A DNA stretch of 63,542 nucleotides, filler included, from Stramenopiles sp. TOSAG23-2 (GCA_900128395.1; 19 parts of 19 records of this genome joined end to end with filler, not necessarily neighbours in it); one strand, 5' to 3'; counted from the whole stretch's first letter, positions 10,546 to 24,000 are shown. Numbers and translations are program-made. The notes: generated from the sequence alone by a model not told the origin.

Positions 10546-13500
10546 ATGAAACAAGTATATAATGATAGAGGTTCCCGTGGGACAAAAAATGTGTCTGTAT
10601 GGAAACCAGTAATCGACGATAATGAAGGTTATTGTCTAGGCTATCATGTAAAAGAAGGCCATGGAAGGCCCGTGCAAGATTTGCTAATTGGTTTGAAGAA
10701 TGCACCAAAATATGCATTCGTACAACCAGTTGATTTCAAGCTTGAATGGCACCAAGCAAGAGGAAATCAAAGTCTATGGTGTTGGATACCAATACCGCCA
10801 ACAGGATATAAGGCTGTAGGTTTTATAGGCACTACTAATAGAAACAAACCAAATGCAGATGTGATACGCTGTGTAGCAACAAAGTATGTTAACCAAATAC
10901 CTGTTCAAGAGAGAATATGGATCGATAGAGGTACTGGAGGACCAGATGGTTCTTTTTGGTCATTGGGAAATGGGATAGCTTGTATAAGTGGTGGAACGCA
11001 TAGCAAGCCAAATAGAACACTATATGCTCCAAAAGACGAATACATGCCTTCACCCACGATCTCAAAAAATAATAATATTTTTGATTTTATAAATGTACTC
11101 GGAGAGTATGAACCTAAATGGCGGAATAGAAATGATGGAATATCTAAATATTATCATGCAAATGGTAGTATGCTAGAATGTAAAAATGTAAATAGAGCAA
11201 CTTATTGTGGTGAAGCACCATTATGCCAATGGCAATTGAAAAATGAAAAAGGAAAGATTATCGCTCGATCAGAAGAGTTAAAAAAAAGTAAGATCGAGGA
11301 TGGAGATGGTCATTATCGGTCGAGAACAAATTACAAAGTACCTCCAATACCATTGACTGGTTGGTGTTATATTAGTAGTACAAAAAAAGTGAGTATTACA
11401 AAAAAAGTGAAGATCCAATGCAGAACAGCGGCTGCTCGTGGCAGAGGAAATAATTGGCTCTATGTCAAGCAGAAACATATTTCCGTACGCGCCAATGTTT
11501 CGCGAACTCAAGCCACCACGTTCGTGTTTCATCCGATTCCAGAGAGTAATAACATATTTAAAATTGAAGTTGAAGAAGTTGGTTGGCTCGGTGTTGGTCA
11601 GGGCGGGGCTGTGTTTGCAAATAGATTGAAGAACAACGCGATGCGTGTACGGGTTGATGTTAATTTTCGTTTGTGTCAATTTTCGTTTGTGTCAATTTTC
11701 GTTTGTGTGGACAACAACTTCCAAATATCTCACCGAACCGCGCCTCCTCATCACATGGTTGCGGTTTATCCTCTTGGCACACCAGATTGCGATTATCATA
11801 TTGAAGGTAAATTAATGACAAGTGGGAAACATAAAACACCAGTTAATACAACTGTAAAATCCTTAAACAACAAATTAAAAATTGCAAAGAAAATTGCAAA
11901 TATCGATCAATATATTACACCCAATAGTGCAATCAAACTTTACAATGATCTAAGCAAATCTCTTAAAATTGCTGATACTCTTGGTATTAATGAAATGGAC
12001 CCTTTACGATTTCAAGTCCAAGGAGAAATGTTTCATATAGCAAATAAAGCTTTGAATCAATTTGAAACAGAAGCTGCAATAGCATTAGGTAATGCTGACA
12101 CTAATGAAGATGATGCGTCATATTATCTATTATTAAAACAATATGAAATAATAATTGATTATGTTTCATATGTTTGCAAATCTATCAATTCTAGCTTTCC
12201 AATGGGCACTTATAGTAGAAAGGAAATAAAAGATAATCTTGTCATGAAAATCATTTCACGTATTTTAGATTCTTGCAAGGATTTTGTAACTGCGTCTGGG
12301 AAAGATGGATTGGAAGAAGTTGCAGCATTAGAGTTGGTAAATCTAAAAGTAGAGGAAGAGAAAAAGAAAGAAGAAGCAAAAGGGAATAGGAAAGTTCTTA
12401 GATTTGCTGATGGTCACCAATTATACATTGACGATGGTAGGTTAGGTAGTGGTCCAGGTTGGGCAGCATTTAACAAGGAAAATCATTCCTCAAATGATGC
12501 ACCCCGTCGACGATTATGGAAGTTTCATGATGGAATATTTTCTCTAGAAGATGGTAGACAGCTGTTTATACGTGATGATGGATGGGTATTTGCTGCATTG
12601 GTAGATAACATGAGCAGTAGTGAAAAAGGGAGGCGATTTTGGGAAGTAACAAACAACGGGCACTTAATGCAAAGAGGAGACAAGCGCAAGGCATACAAAC
12701 GTGACGGGCCTTGGTGTTTTGCTATGGCAAATCCGCCAAAAAATGTTTCTGTATTTCAGTTCCCGAATACATATAAGAGGAATGGAGATACTGCATATGA
12801 AAAAAAATCAAGAAAACAGCGAAAAGGTGGCTCAACACCAAATTTGAACAAAACAGGACGATTTGATCAAGATACAATCCGTGCCTTTAAAAAATATCTT
12901 TTTTTCTGTGGTGAAAATCCTGGTAAAATGGACAATAATTTTGGCGGAGTTGCAGAGCAAGCATTAATAACATTTTTAGCAAAAGCAGATTCATTTGGTT
13001 TTGGCTCCATATTTGATTGCATAAAAATATTTTTAAAAGATCAAGGTTTTAATGATGCTGCAAATGAGAGAAAAAATGAGAGAAGCAAGTATCGTTCTCA
13101 AATGTTTGGCAAAGAATGTTATATTCCATCAAAGGCATTGCAAGATTTTCTTGCTTCCGCTGCTGCTAATGTCAATCCATTTGATCCTCCTGACATATTA
13201 AAATGCACATTGCCGTTTGGTGAAATTGACTCGGATGGTTTATGTGTTGATGAAGGGTATTATTTTCCTATGGGAAAATCTGGCAATAAAACAATATGGC
13301 GTGGAAATAATTTTAGTAAATTTAAATACGATGACAGCGAAAAGGAATGGAATTGGATAAATTGGGAGAATAAAGTTATTTGTACTAAAAATTCAGCCAG
13401 TAATTATCCCCCATTGTATGGCTGGTGCAATGCTCAATGCCAAAACGATGATACGACAACCGATTATGCAAAACATGCTGTCTTAACGTATATTCAACTT

Positions 13501-13852
13501 GCAGGAGCAAGCACATTGGAAGAATATCAGGAGCAATCAGCAGTAATGCGTGTATTGAAGTCAATTGATGATGCAGAAGCATTAGCAGCAAAGTTTAAGG
13601 CGAACATACCAAATAAACTTAAAGAACGCATTAAAAAAGTTCGACATGCAATTGTTGAAATTGTGCTACGTGTTGCTGCTGATAGTGGCGATAAAGCTAT
13701 TTTAAATGGTGCATTGCAATTGGCTAAAAAAGAACGGTTGCCAAAAGATTCAGACGCATTAAAAAAAGCGACAAATATTCAAGTTGCAATTAAAATCGGT
13801 GCAGTAAAGATGGAATTGAAACGGCAGCCTACCATAAATATCAACGTGATTA
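10546..13852 (+). CDS. Large mosaic protein with N-terminal Vps62/DUF946-like domain and putative peptidoglycan-binding-like motifs; 3'-truncated
   Basis: Vps62-like VYNDRGS...VSVWKP...GYCLG...PVDFKLEW...WIPIPPTGYKAVG...IRCV...IWIDRGTG. PGBD-like LNKTGRFDQDTIRAFKKYL and NPGKMDNNFGGVAEQALITFL. Two PPxxGW-type motifs. Confidence 0.75.
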
Positions 13853-13952
13853 NNNNNNNNNNNNNNNNNNNNNNNNNNNNNNNNNNNNNNNNNNNNTTAA
13901 TTAATTAANNNNNNNNNNNNNNNNNNNNNNNNNNNNNNNNNNNNNNNNNNNN

Positions 13953-14376
13953 TTTTCAGTTTGCGACCGTTGAATTCTTCTTCTTCTTCTTCAGCATCAT
14001 CATCTTCGTAATCCATGTCTGTATCAAATTTGTTGTTATCTTTATCATTTTCTTCCTCCATAAGCTCGTCGTAAGCAGAATTTACTCGAGTCCAACACTG
14101 ATCAATACCCAAGTTTAGGTAACCTGGTTTGCATACATATTTATTTCTGTACGGTATATACGTTGTTCGCTCCTTTCTCCATATTGTAGGATCTTTAGGA
14201 TAACATTGGCCATGCGGATAAACTTGGAAGAAAAAACCTTCCGGGCAGTCAACCTCTTCATCATATACATCAGTATCGTCAAATTCATTATCATATTTAG
14301 AGGCACCATATGCATTTACATTAGCTGAATATAATATAATACATATTGTTACGAGTATTATTAATATTTGTTTCAT
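13953..14376 (-). CDS. Secreted small Cys-containing acidic protein, 3'-truncated
   Basis: Signal peptide MKQILIILVTICIILYSANVNA, 4-Cys module, acidic tract, then GRKLK. Confidence 0.75.
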
Positions 14377-14922
14377 GTTTTTTTATTGTTGTCGTTGATA
14401 TTGCTACGTAATATAATATTTTTATTTTTGTTATGGCTTTAATTGTTTACTTTCGTTTGTATGATACTATATTATCCTCTTATAGCTTTTCGTATATCTA
14501 TATATCCATTTGTGCAATATATTTGCTGGTAAAAGTTTGTTGTTTGTGTATTTATGTGTATACTAACTACTAATATGTCCCTATATAAATCCAGAAAAAA
14601 AAAATAATCTGCTGAAATTAAAAAGTGCTGAAATGACAAATGAAGCCATGTTTAAGGTCCTAATATGACTGTAACACCAAATTAAAACACACTACATGTA
14701 CTCAGCTACACCATATACCATGGCTGGTATATGCCTACCAGATAAACCCTTAACGTGTTGTGAGTAGATCCACTCCCGTGTGAATAATATTGAACAAATG
14801 ATAATTATAATGTGTATTATAATAGATATATATACATACAGAAATAGAAAACAAAAGTAAAAAAACAAATCAAGAATAAAAACATTAAAAAATCTTATAT
14901 CCAGTTTCAAAATAATATATAC

Positions 14923-14953
<31 letters not shown>

Positions 14954-14988
14954 CACACACACAAAAACAGATATTTATACTGAAAGAA

Positions 14989-16623
14989 ATGAAGCTGAAA
15001 ATAACTACAATATTTCTCACCTGTCTATTGATATCTTCAAATTATATCAACAATGTCAAAGCATTTGGTGCAATACCAAATAGTGAAATGTTACCGTCGT
15101 CTACAACACTGGGAAAAAAGTTGAATACTGGTAAATTGAAAATGTATGATGAGGGTGATGAGGGTGTAAAACGATTCATAGATCTTTTTGGCCAAGGGAT
15201 GGTGGTTATTGACGAAGATTTGCCAAAAGAATTACAACCAACGTTAAACGACGAACTTGCCGGTACCTTGCAAAATACTGGAATTGCACCTTTAGCTTTG
15301 CTTGGTGTGGTGTCGCAAGGTCTGCAGGTGGCTCAAATGCTTCTTCAAGCGTTTGGCAGACAATATGCTGAATTCCTAGTTGGTGCATGGACAAACAATG
15401 GATATAAAAAATATAGCGCCAAGACGACATGCATGCATTTTCCAAATATTTATTGGGAACGTTTACCTCTGTTTCTTGAATATTTAAAGCCTGTTTTGAA
15501 AGATATGCCAAAAGAGTATTTAGAAGAGATTCAATTTGTTGGAGAATTTGCTACACGTACAAAAGGAAAAGGAATTTCGAAACAGGATTTAGTATGGTCA
15601 TCAGGAAAGACTGGAAAAGCATCGGTAGTGCAATTTTTCATGAAAAATAATGTTGATCGTCAAGCTATGGATATCATAATCATTTATACACAAACAAAGT
15701 TTAAACTGGCACCAGATGTCTTTGCAATATTGCAAGTAACAACAAGGTTCTTTGGCTTTGTAAAATCGGAAAGTGTTCGTTTGGTGAAAAAACCGGCTAA
15801 ATTAAATGAAAAACGTATACAGTTTCTTCTAGATTATAATATGTTAATTGCATTGCAAAGGTTAGGTCATTTCCTAAGTCTCGAAAGACAAATACCAAAG
15901 CAACTTGATCAAGCTACTGGTGGAAAAAATGAAGCAGAATTAGCCGAATCATTCGACACGTTTGATGATGATAATAGCATGATGAAAAAATGGGATTTAC
16001 CATCTTCTCTCCAATCATCATCAAATATCTTTGAAAATTATCTAGCACCATCACAGATGAAAACGCATTATTATTCACAATGGAGGAACAATTTATCGCC
16101 ATCGAATTCGTTGAAAAGTCAAAATAGCAATTATATAAATACTTATGCAAATTATGATGAAGATGATGATTTAGGATTTGGAGGCATCAAAAAAATGGGT
16201 ATACGAAGTAGAAGACTTAGCGCAAGATGTATGCAATACATGAGGGAGTGCTCGGATGCTTGTGGCAACGCGGATATGATATGTTTGCAACAGTGTTGGA
16301 ATTGTCCACCACCACCTCCTGTTGAAGAAACTGGTCCAAGTGATGAAGAACTGATGTGTTTAAATCCATCCACGGTGAGAGAGAAAGTGAACAGAAAACA
16401 ATGTTTCGAACGATGCAAAGAAGAAGCTTCAAGTAAAACAGAGAAAGAAGAATGTAGCAATATTTGGTTTGGTTCGGCTTCTTGTCAGAAATCAAAAAAA
16501 GATTGTATGCAGAAGGAGTGTAAAAGAACTGATCGTGATTGTAAAGCAAAATGCAAAAGAGATCCATGTCATTGTGATAAGGATCCAGATAGTTGTTATG
16601 GTGAGGATGGCTGGCGCTTATAA
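14989..16623 (+). CDS. Secreted protein of unknown function with Cys-rich (CxxxC) C-terminus
   Basis: Signal peptide MKLKITTIFLTCLLISSNYINNVKA; globular middle domain (...FKLAPDVF...); acidic linker, RSRRLSAR, then about 20 Cys. Confidence 0.85.
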   Translation: MKLKITTIFLTCLLISSNYINNVKAFGAIPNSEMLPSSTTLGKKLNTGKLKMYDEGDEGVKRFIDLFGQGMVVIDEDLPKELQPTLNDELAGTLQNTGIAPLALLGVVSQGLQVAQMLLQAFGRQYAEFLVGAWTNNGYKKYSAKTTCMHFPNIYWERLPLFLEYLKPVLKDMPKEYLEEIQFVGEFATRTKGKGISKQDLVWSSGKTGKASVVQFFMKNNVDRQAMDIIIIYTQTKFKLAPDVFAILQVTTRFFGFVKSESVRLVKKPAKLNEKRIQFLLDYNMLIALQRLGHFLSLERQIPKQLDQATGGKNEAELAESFDTFDDDNSMMKKWDLPSSLQSSSNIFENYLAPSQMKTHYYSQWRNNLSPSNSLKSQNSNYINTYANYDEDDDLGFGGIKKMGIRSRRLSARCMQYMRECSDACGNADMICLQQCWNCPPPPPVEETGPSDEELMCLNPSTVREKVNRKQCFERCKEEASSKTEKEECSNIWFGSASCQKSKKDCMQKECKRTDRDCKAKCKRDPCHCDKDPDSCYGEDGWRL

Positions 16624-17092
16624 ACGAATTTTATACAAATACGGGTAAAGGTAAAGGTAAATAGTTAATGTATATAGTATATATATATTATTCAGCATAG
16701 CGTGTAGAGCAGTATAGTATAATAGTATACTGTAGTATAGTTATAATCTCTTATTTTAAAAATCTTGAATTCATTGAACCTTTACTGAAAATATTTATAA
16801 AATAATATGGACACAGCACTATAATACCTGGTTGGAAAAAAAAGATTTTACACCACTTTTTGGATAAAATGGAGCTTCCTCAACTTATTTTTTTTATAAT
16901 AGCATGTGAATACCATTGTTGAAGATATTCATAGTTTCAGCATCATTTTTAACATAAAAAATATTGCAAATAGCATTAGCATGTGAATACCATTAAATAT
17001 ATTGATATGCATACAAAAATGACATATATACGAAAGAACAACTATAGAAGAAAACAAAAAGAACATACAAAAATAAGAAACAAAACTATAAG

Positions 17093-17165
17093 AAAGTCAA
17101 ATAAGAAAGAAGAATAAAAGAAAGTCAAATAAGAAAGAAGAATAAAAGAAAGTCAAATAAGAAAA
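17093..17165. repeat. 28-bp tandem repeat (AAAGTCAAATAAGAAAGAAGAATAAAAG), about 2.6 copies, just upstream of an ATG
   Basis: Direct reading. Confidence 0.85.
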
Positions 17166-17169
17166 CAAC

Positions 17170-17336
17170 ATGAAATTAACAGTTGTATTGTGCTTATGTC
17201 TCCTTGCGACATACTCATGTTCATCAGTATCTGCAACAAGATCAAATCTTCAGCGTCGTCTAGAAGAAGAAGATAAAGTTAAACCTTTTAAGGAACTGAT
17301 TGGTAATATTCAAGATACCTTGGGCATCATTGATGA
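17170..17336 (+). CDS. Secreted protein, N-terminal fragment
   Basis: Signal peptide MKLTVVLCLCLLATYSCSSVSA followed by RSNLQRRLEEEDK; open to contig end. Confidence 0.7.
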
Positions 17337-17436
17337 NNNNNNNNNNNNNNNNNNNNNNNNNNNNNNNNNNNNNNNNNNNNTTAATTAATTAANNNNNNNN
17401 NNNNNNNNNNNNNNNNNNNNNNNNNNNNNNNNNNNN

Positions 17437-17927
17437 TTTACTTTTCCTTTTTGCACACGACTATTTGGAACCATACTACCGGAGGATTGTGTTCGACTTG
17501 AACGTGGCGGAATAAAACTCGAATCACTTCGTTGATAATATCTGTTGTTACTACTATTATTACGCGAATTATTAAGTTCTTCTCGCAATTGGGAAGGTTT
17601 CTTCTTGTTGTTATCGAAAATTTCTTCTGAAGGTGCACCTGTTTCTTCAAACGGTATATTATCCGGTATATTTGTAGAAGCATTTCCGAATCCAGAAGTC
17701 CCACTATTCCGTAAGCCGGCAGCCCATGGTTTTGTTGTAGGACTTTTTGTTGTAGGACTTTCATGAACTGTTCCACCAGCCTGAGCTATGAGTCGTTCAG
17801 TTTCCGTCATCTTATGCCCGATACCATCCTGACTATTATTATTATTGTTGTTGTTTTGATTATTATTTCCCCCCAAAAATCCTTGATACTTGTTAGGATC
17901 CGGAAGGTATTGCGAGCGATGAGCCAT
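17437..17927 (-). CDS. Low-complexity hypothetical protein, N-terminal fragment
   Basis: ATG-started, Asn/Ser-rich, open to contig end. Confidence 0.6.
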
Positions 17928-18623
17928 TCTTCTCTTGTACTATTTTTGAAATATATGCCACCTTGATTATTTTTTCGTTAAATTTGTTATTTGATATGAA
18001 TGACTATCTACTTTATGTTTCTTTTTTCTTTCATACTTTAAATACTAGTATGTTATAATATTTATAAATCTATATTTTTAGTTCTGATTCATTATATTCT
18101 TACTATTGTTGAATTGTGAAATGTATTACTATGGGAGGACTATTACTATATAATAATAGCATAGACGACTACAAAACTATACAAGAATAAAATGCAAATA
18201 TGTATTGATTTCCAAATTCCAAAAAGCAATAGCGCGCGCTTCAGTATTACCTTATTGCTTTTATCTGGTTCGTACCATTTGCACATTTTGCCTATCAGAT
18301 TTAGCACAGTAGATAGTACAAACAATTAATATAATAATAGCAAGCGGTAAATTATTATTTAGTGCATTAGTGCATTACATCATCATAATAGTACTATACT
18401 AATAAGCAGGAGTTAAAGAGTGCAAGCTGGGCAAGACTTATATACTATATTATAGAATTGAATGAAGATAAAGAGAAAGAGCAAGGGTACAAATAGAAGC
18501 AATCATAGTATTTAAACAAAAATATCATTAAAGACAAATAATTACCATACACTACTGTTTTTTTCTTAAAAACTACAAACGTATAAATAGAAAATAATAA
18601 TAGAAAAAAGAAACGACAACAAA

Positions 18624-19967
18624 ATGACTGAAGAAATAAAATCAATAAAATCATCACCAATTCAAGAGTTTTTTGATAATGATTTTTTATTATCGTATTT
18701 TATTAAAAATTACATTGGTCCGAATATATTGCCAATGTTAAAAAGGGTTTCAAACAGGTTCAATAATCTATGTCAAGTCCATTGGGAACATATATATTGC
18801 AAAGCGTGTGAGCCATATCACTGGTACTATGGTGGAAAAATGAAGAATGCTTGGAATGGAAAAGATTGGGAAAAATTATATGTTATAACTACAATTAAAA
18901 ATTGTTTATTATTTGGAACCTTTGGTGGATCAATCGAATCTCGACAAGAACCTTTAAAACGCATAGATGTGCATGGAATGATGCGAAGAGATAGCGATTC
19001 GTTTGATATCATAGATCCATCTGTATATACGCCAAAAAATTTAATTGGAGGCAGACAAGCTGCAGCATCTGCAATCAATTGGAAATTGAGTGAAATTTGG
19101 TCTGTCGGTGGATTCAATCCACAATCTAACAATGCTCTGAGAAGTATTGAGATTTTTAAAACAAACACGTTAACCTCACATTCATTTCCATTAAAATTGA
19201 AAAAGCCACGTTGTTTTGCTACGGCAACATTTGATGCAAATAGTAACATGATCGTTGCTGGTGGTTGTTCAACTTTGTTTACCGGAGCTGAAGTATATTC
19301 CTCATTAGAAGTTTATAATTTCGGGTCATCTGGTTCCACATTTGATATTATCCCAACGACAATGAATGTTCTACGAGGTGGACATCAATCCGTATATGAT
19401 TGGAGAAGAAATCGATTATATTGTTTAGGTGGCTATGGTGGAGGTAGTATATATCATGATTCAATAGAATATGTAGATTTAAATCCAGAAATGTTAGCTG
19501 CTTCTAATCGTCGTGGAAGAAATAATAATAATAATAATGATAATAATAACATTAACGATGGAGGATTTAAAATGTGTGAAAAAAAAATGAAATTTCAACG
19601 AACGGGTGCGGGTGCGGACTTCGGTCCCGATGGAGCAATTTATATATGCGGTGGTAGCCCAGATGGTGCAAGAGGACTTGACTCTTTAGAAAGATACGAT
19701 CCACGTGAAGGTACGTTCGAACAGCTTGCTCCAATGAATCATCCAAGAGGCTATTTGGCAGCAAAATTTGGCCCAAATGGAATGCTCTATGCTGCTGGTG
19801 GGAGTGCCTTGGAGCAATTCGATTTATTTGTAATGGAAGCATACCATCAAGAAGTTGAGGTCTATGATCGAAGGATGGATACATGGTACAATAGTGGAAA
19901 TTTAGTGGAAGATATGGCAGACTTGACCATTCAATTGTGGTACGATGATCGCAATGTGTTGATATAA
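18624..19967 (+). CDS. F-box-like / Kelch-repeat protein
   Basis: F-box-like LKRVSNRFNNL near the N-terminus; Kelch repeats IWSVGG, MIVAGG, LYCLGGYGG, IYICGG...LERYDP, LYAAGG...VEVYDRRMDTW. Confidence 0.88.
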   Translation: MTEEIKSIKSSPIQEFFDNDFLLSYFIKNYIGPNILPMLKRVSNRFNNLCQVHWEHIYCKACEPYHWYYGGKMKNAWNGKDWEKLYVITTIKNCLLFGTFGGSIESRQEPLKRIDVHGMMRRDSDSFDIIDPSVYTPKNLIGGRQAAASAINWKLSEIWSVGGFNPQSNNALRSIEIFKTNTLTSHSFPLKLKKPRCFATATFDANSNMIVAGGCSTLFTGAEVYSSLEVYNFGSSGSTFDIIPTTMNVLRGGHQSVYDWRRNRLYCLGGYGGGSIYHDSIEYVDLNPEMLAASNRRGRNNNNNNDNNNINDGGFKMCEKKMKFQRTGAGADFGPDGAIYICGGSPDGARGLDSLERYDPREGTFEQLAPMNHPRGYLAAKFGPNGMLYAAGGSALEQFDLFVMEAYHQEVEVYDRRMDTWYNSGNLVEDMADLTIQLWYDDRNVLI

Positions 19968-20532
19968 AAAAATTAAATATCAGAAACTCGGGGGGTATTT
20001 AATAATTGCACATGTGTGTGTGTATAAAATTAAAATGTGCTACGAAAGGGGAGTTTATTTTTTATTTTTTACTGGATTTTTTTTCTAATAGTACTTACGA
20101 TAGCTAGCTCTAGCCAGCTATACTACTGTAGCTGGAGTCTGCGGGCCATTGTGCTAATGCTAAATACCTTAATTATACCACTATCTGGCTATTTGAAATT
20201 ACTTTTACACAGATTTTTTACCACAACATGTGTGCATGTGCACATCACATTCGCACTGCATTCCGTTATGACTTTTTTTATATTTACATTTTACATCTGA
20301 CAAGTATAAAAAAACATCTTTTGATTTCCTCATTAAACTTATTTATAGGTTCTATAATATAAATTATATATATATATATATGTTAAAAGCAAATTAAAGA
20401 AGATATATTTTAAAGCATATTTAATTTAAAAATTTTCTTCTCTGAATATTATAAAGACTTTCGTATATTGTTTACCAATTTTTTATTTTTTTTTATTACA
20501 ATAATCATACAGAGTATATCTCATGTACATAT

Positions 20533-20820
20533 ATAATGATGGTTAAAATCTAAGTTATAAATATTTTTATTTAATTTACGCATAATTTATTTTTAATTTA
20601 CTCATGATAATTCCTACTCTTCAAAAGAATAAAATAACTGAAATAATCTATCTCACACTAGTGTGTTGATATTCTCGTAATCGAAAATACCAATGAAGGT
20701 AAATAGATAGTATCAACTACTCATAATACGAAGTAGCTTTGATGGAAAACGGACATCATAGGAAGGCGGAGAATAAATTGTACCAGGGTACAAATCATTA
20801 TACGACTCAGCAAATGCACA
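20533..20820 (-). mobile_element. Dispersed repeat: 3' end (ORF tail + 3' UTR) of a probable RLE-type non-LTR retrotransposon
   Basis: Highly similar to 51228-51438 (same strand) and to 55764-56014 and ~29606-29740 (opposite strand); cut by contig end. Confidence 0.7.
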
Positions 20821-21054
20821 NNNNNNNNNNNNNNNNNNNNNNNNNNNNNNNNNNNNNNNNNNNNTTAATTAATTAANNNNNNNNNNNNNNNNNNNNNNNN
20901 NNNNNNNNNNNNNNNNNNNNTACGAAGTAAATTCTTAGCATCCAAATACTGTACAGGTAACATTGAATAAACTAAAAATTACAAAGAACACACACACACA
21001 CAGTTTTTTTAAAATTTTAATACACATACACACACACATAGACAGAAAAACTAT

Positions 21055-24000
21055 TCAACTCATGCTAGGCATAAACTCATGCAAAAGTTCTTCCACAGTT
21101 CTACCAGTTTCATTATGCATATTCCATATAGTTTCAATGGATACATTACCATCAATACAATTATCATCAACTTCGGAATTATTACTGAAAGCATTTGTAT
21201 TACCAGCTAGACAACTATTGGTATTCGCATTATTGTCCTCAAATTTAGTTTTAGTATTACTATCCAACGTGCCGCTTTTCCTTGGTGTATTTTCATCATT
21301 ATCAACGTCCATGGTTATTTCATTATCGCTTATGTACGTTCCAAAATTGTTATTATCATAATCATGATCCTTCAACTTTTTAGTCCATGGATATATATCA
21401 TATGGATCGTATTGATGCATGTAAGGAATACGATTATCTGGCCAACTGCCATCTTCCAGTCGATATGGTAACGGTTCTACGCATTTAAACGGAATGGGAA
21501 AATACACTTTCCGTAGGTTTTCATTAGTAACTGTGACATCAGCCTTAGTTCCTACATACAACAACTTGCTGGCATTTTCATGAAATAATACACCCATTTC
21601 CCAATTTCTCATTATTACAGAATTATCACGTTTATCATAAAATCCTTGAGCACCAACTGATAGGCAATCGCTACCGAGTTTAATCCAACGTATACGTTTA
21701 TCATCATGCTTCTCTTTAGCATATAAACGTAAGTATAATTTAATATGTGGTACTGCATTTTCAGAATCAACATGTTCAAAGACATGAAAACTGTCTGCAA
21801 GTGGACCATCCTCGCCCATTGATAAAAAAGCCTTTGAAGTCAAAAAAAGGCATCCATCTTTATCGCTTTCACCAACAAGAGGGTTATTATCGTATTCTTT
21901 GTCAATATTCATTTTAATATTACTATCGCTGCTGCTATTATTGCTATTAATGTTGTTACCACCGCTTGGATTTGTTAAGCCATTTTTCAGTGGCCAAATT
22001 AATTTATCTTTCGGCTTGTTGATTCCATCACTAGAATCACACATAGAGTCAATAAATGACGCATATTGTACACCGTTAAAATCATTTCCAATACTAGTTG
22101 GTTGAACGATTATGTGAGCAAGTTTTCTTTCCCCGTGAATCTGATTCATCGATTTTAAACTTGGACATATACGTTCATCACGCAATATTTTCCTCAAGTT
22201 TCTATGGCCATGCTTTTCATTATAATGCTTCTTTGCTGAACCTTTACCTGGTATTGAAGTTAATAAAGAGACACAAGACTTTGAAAAATCGTATTTTAAT
22301 AATTGTGAGTCAACATTGGGTTCTTTTAAGACATTGAGAAAAAATTTTCGTACAGGCAACATTCCATCCTCAGACGCAACTTCTTCATCAGCACGTAATA
22401 AAAATGTCGAAAGCTTCTCTTGAAAATCACTTCTTGAATTTTGCGACGAGGAAGCTGTTGACAAAGGTTTCAACGGGAAATATTGTGACCAACTAACATC
22501 AATCGTTCTTTGTCTTACTGAATTACCGGTACTAATTACAACATGTATGCCAGTATCTAAAAATAGTAATACAAATTTAGCATGATACGTACCAGTTGGT
22601 GCATTTACTTTCCAAACATCGTAATTTTCTGGTAATCGAAATGGTTTAATTGGATATCTTTTTCGAACGTTTTCTCGCCTTGAAGATTCTCTATCTGGAG
22701 AATGAGCTAAATTTTTACGTGTGTAAAGAGTTCCATCTTCCTTCATCATCGTGCCATTCTTTCTCCCGCTATTTCTATCATTGTGAAATTTTAAAAATCT
22801 CTCCGTTTTTGCATCCCCGTGTAAAATCAAAGTAGGTATTTTGTTCTTGGTTAAATGAAAACATTGAGTGCCTTTATCATCACATATCCATCGTAAATTT
22901 AAACGAAATGTGGAAATTATAACACCTTTCAACGTACGCGTATCGCAGTAATGATTGATTAAAGATTTCACATCAAAAGCCAAACCATTTTTGTCTTGAT
23001 TTATTATACCACTATGTAATGCATTGCGATAAAATGTAAATGGTGAATATGCATTATAAATCATTGAATTCTTTGTAATTATCTTTTGCTTCTTTGAAAC
23101 GCTTTCAATCTTGTTGTTGATGTTGTCGCTATTACTGTTACTGCTGCTTCCGTCCATGGGCATCATCATTTTTGCAAAATTCGCTTTTGCACTACTTTTC
23201 TTTCGCTTTTTTCGCTCTTTGACACTCTTCGCTTTCTTCTCTTCATCCGTTTCTTTTTTAGCACATTCGTCTTCCTTCTCTTTCCATACCTCAAAAAATC
23301 CACTAGCATAGTTTGATTGCTTCGAGTACATAAAATCAATTCCTAGGCTTTTTGCAAGGCTTTCATCTTCAATTGGTTTGCTGCCAAACATTAAACAAAA
23401 TTCAGGATTCTCGCATTTTAAATCTTTCATTGCTTCAAGTACCATAGTGACCGAAGGTTTTCGACGGTTCTTCTCCCATTCTTTACCTTGAAATTTATCT
23501 GGATATTTTGACTTTAAGCTTTCGCTTGGAATCCATTCATTGTTATTCTTCTTTGACTTGTACATGTATGACACATATGTTTTTATCGAAGGTGGAGGTA
23601 GAAATACTTCCACTTCCTTTTCTTGTCCATCATCAACAATAAATAATTTCCCCAAATCATGTACTAAACATTCCATTTTCCTCGCCGATGTAGCAACTGT
23701 ATCGTGCTTTTCCTTCTTTGTCTTGTAACCTTTCCATTTTTGAATTTCCATCGCCATTCGTAATCCTACACCTTCTTGATTGCTAACAATAGCTATGCTT
23801 GGATATGGAATGCCACGTTCACGACAACGGTTAATTACAGCATTCAAAAAGTATTGTCTGCCTGGAAGAAACGTGCATGTGGGATAGTTATTTTCACTAA
23901 AACGATGACGTGTTGAAAATTTCTTTATTAAATCTTCCAAACTACTAAAAATTAACAACTTCTTCATACATACAATATCTAGAACATGTGACATATTCAA

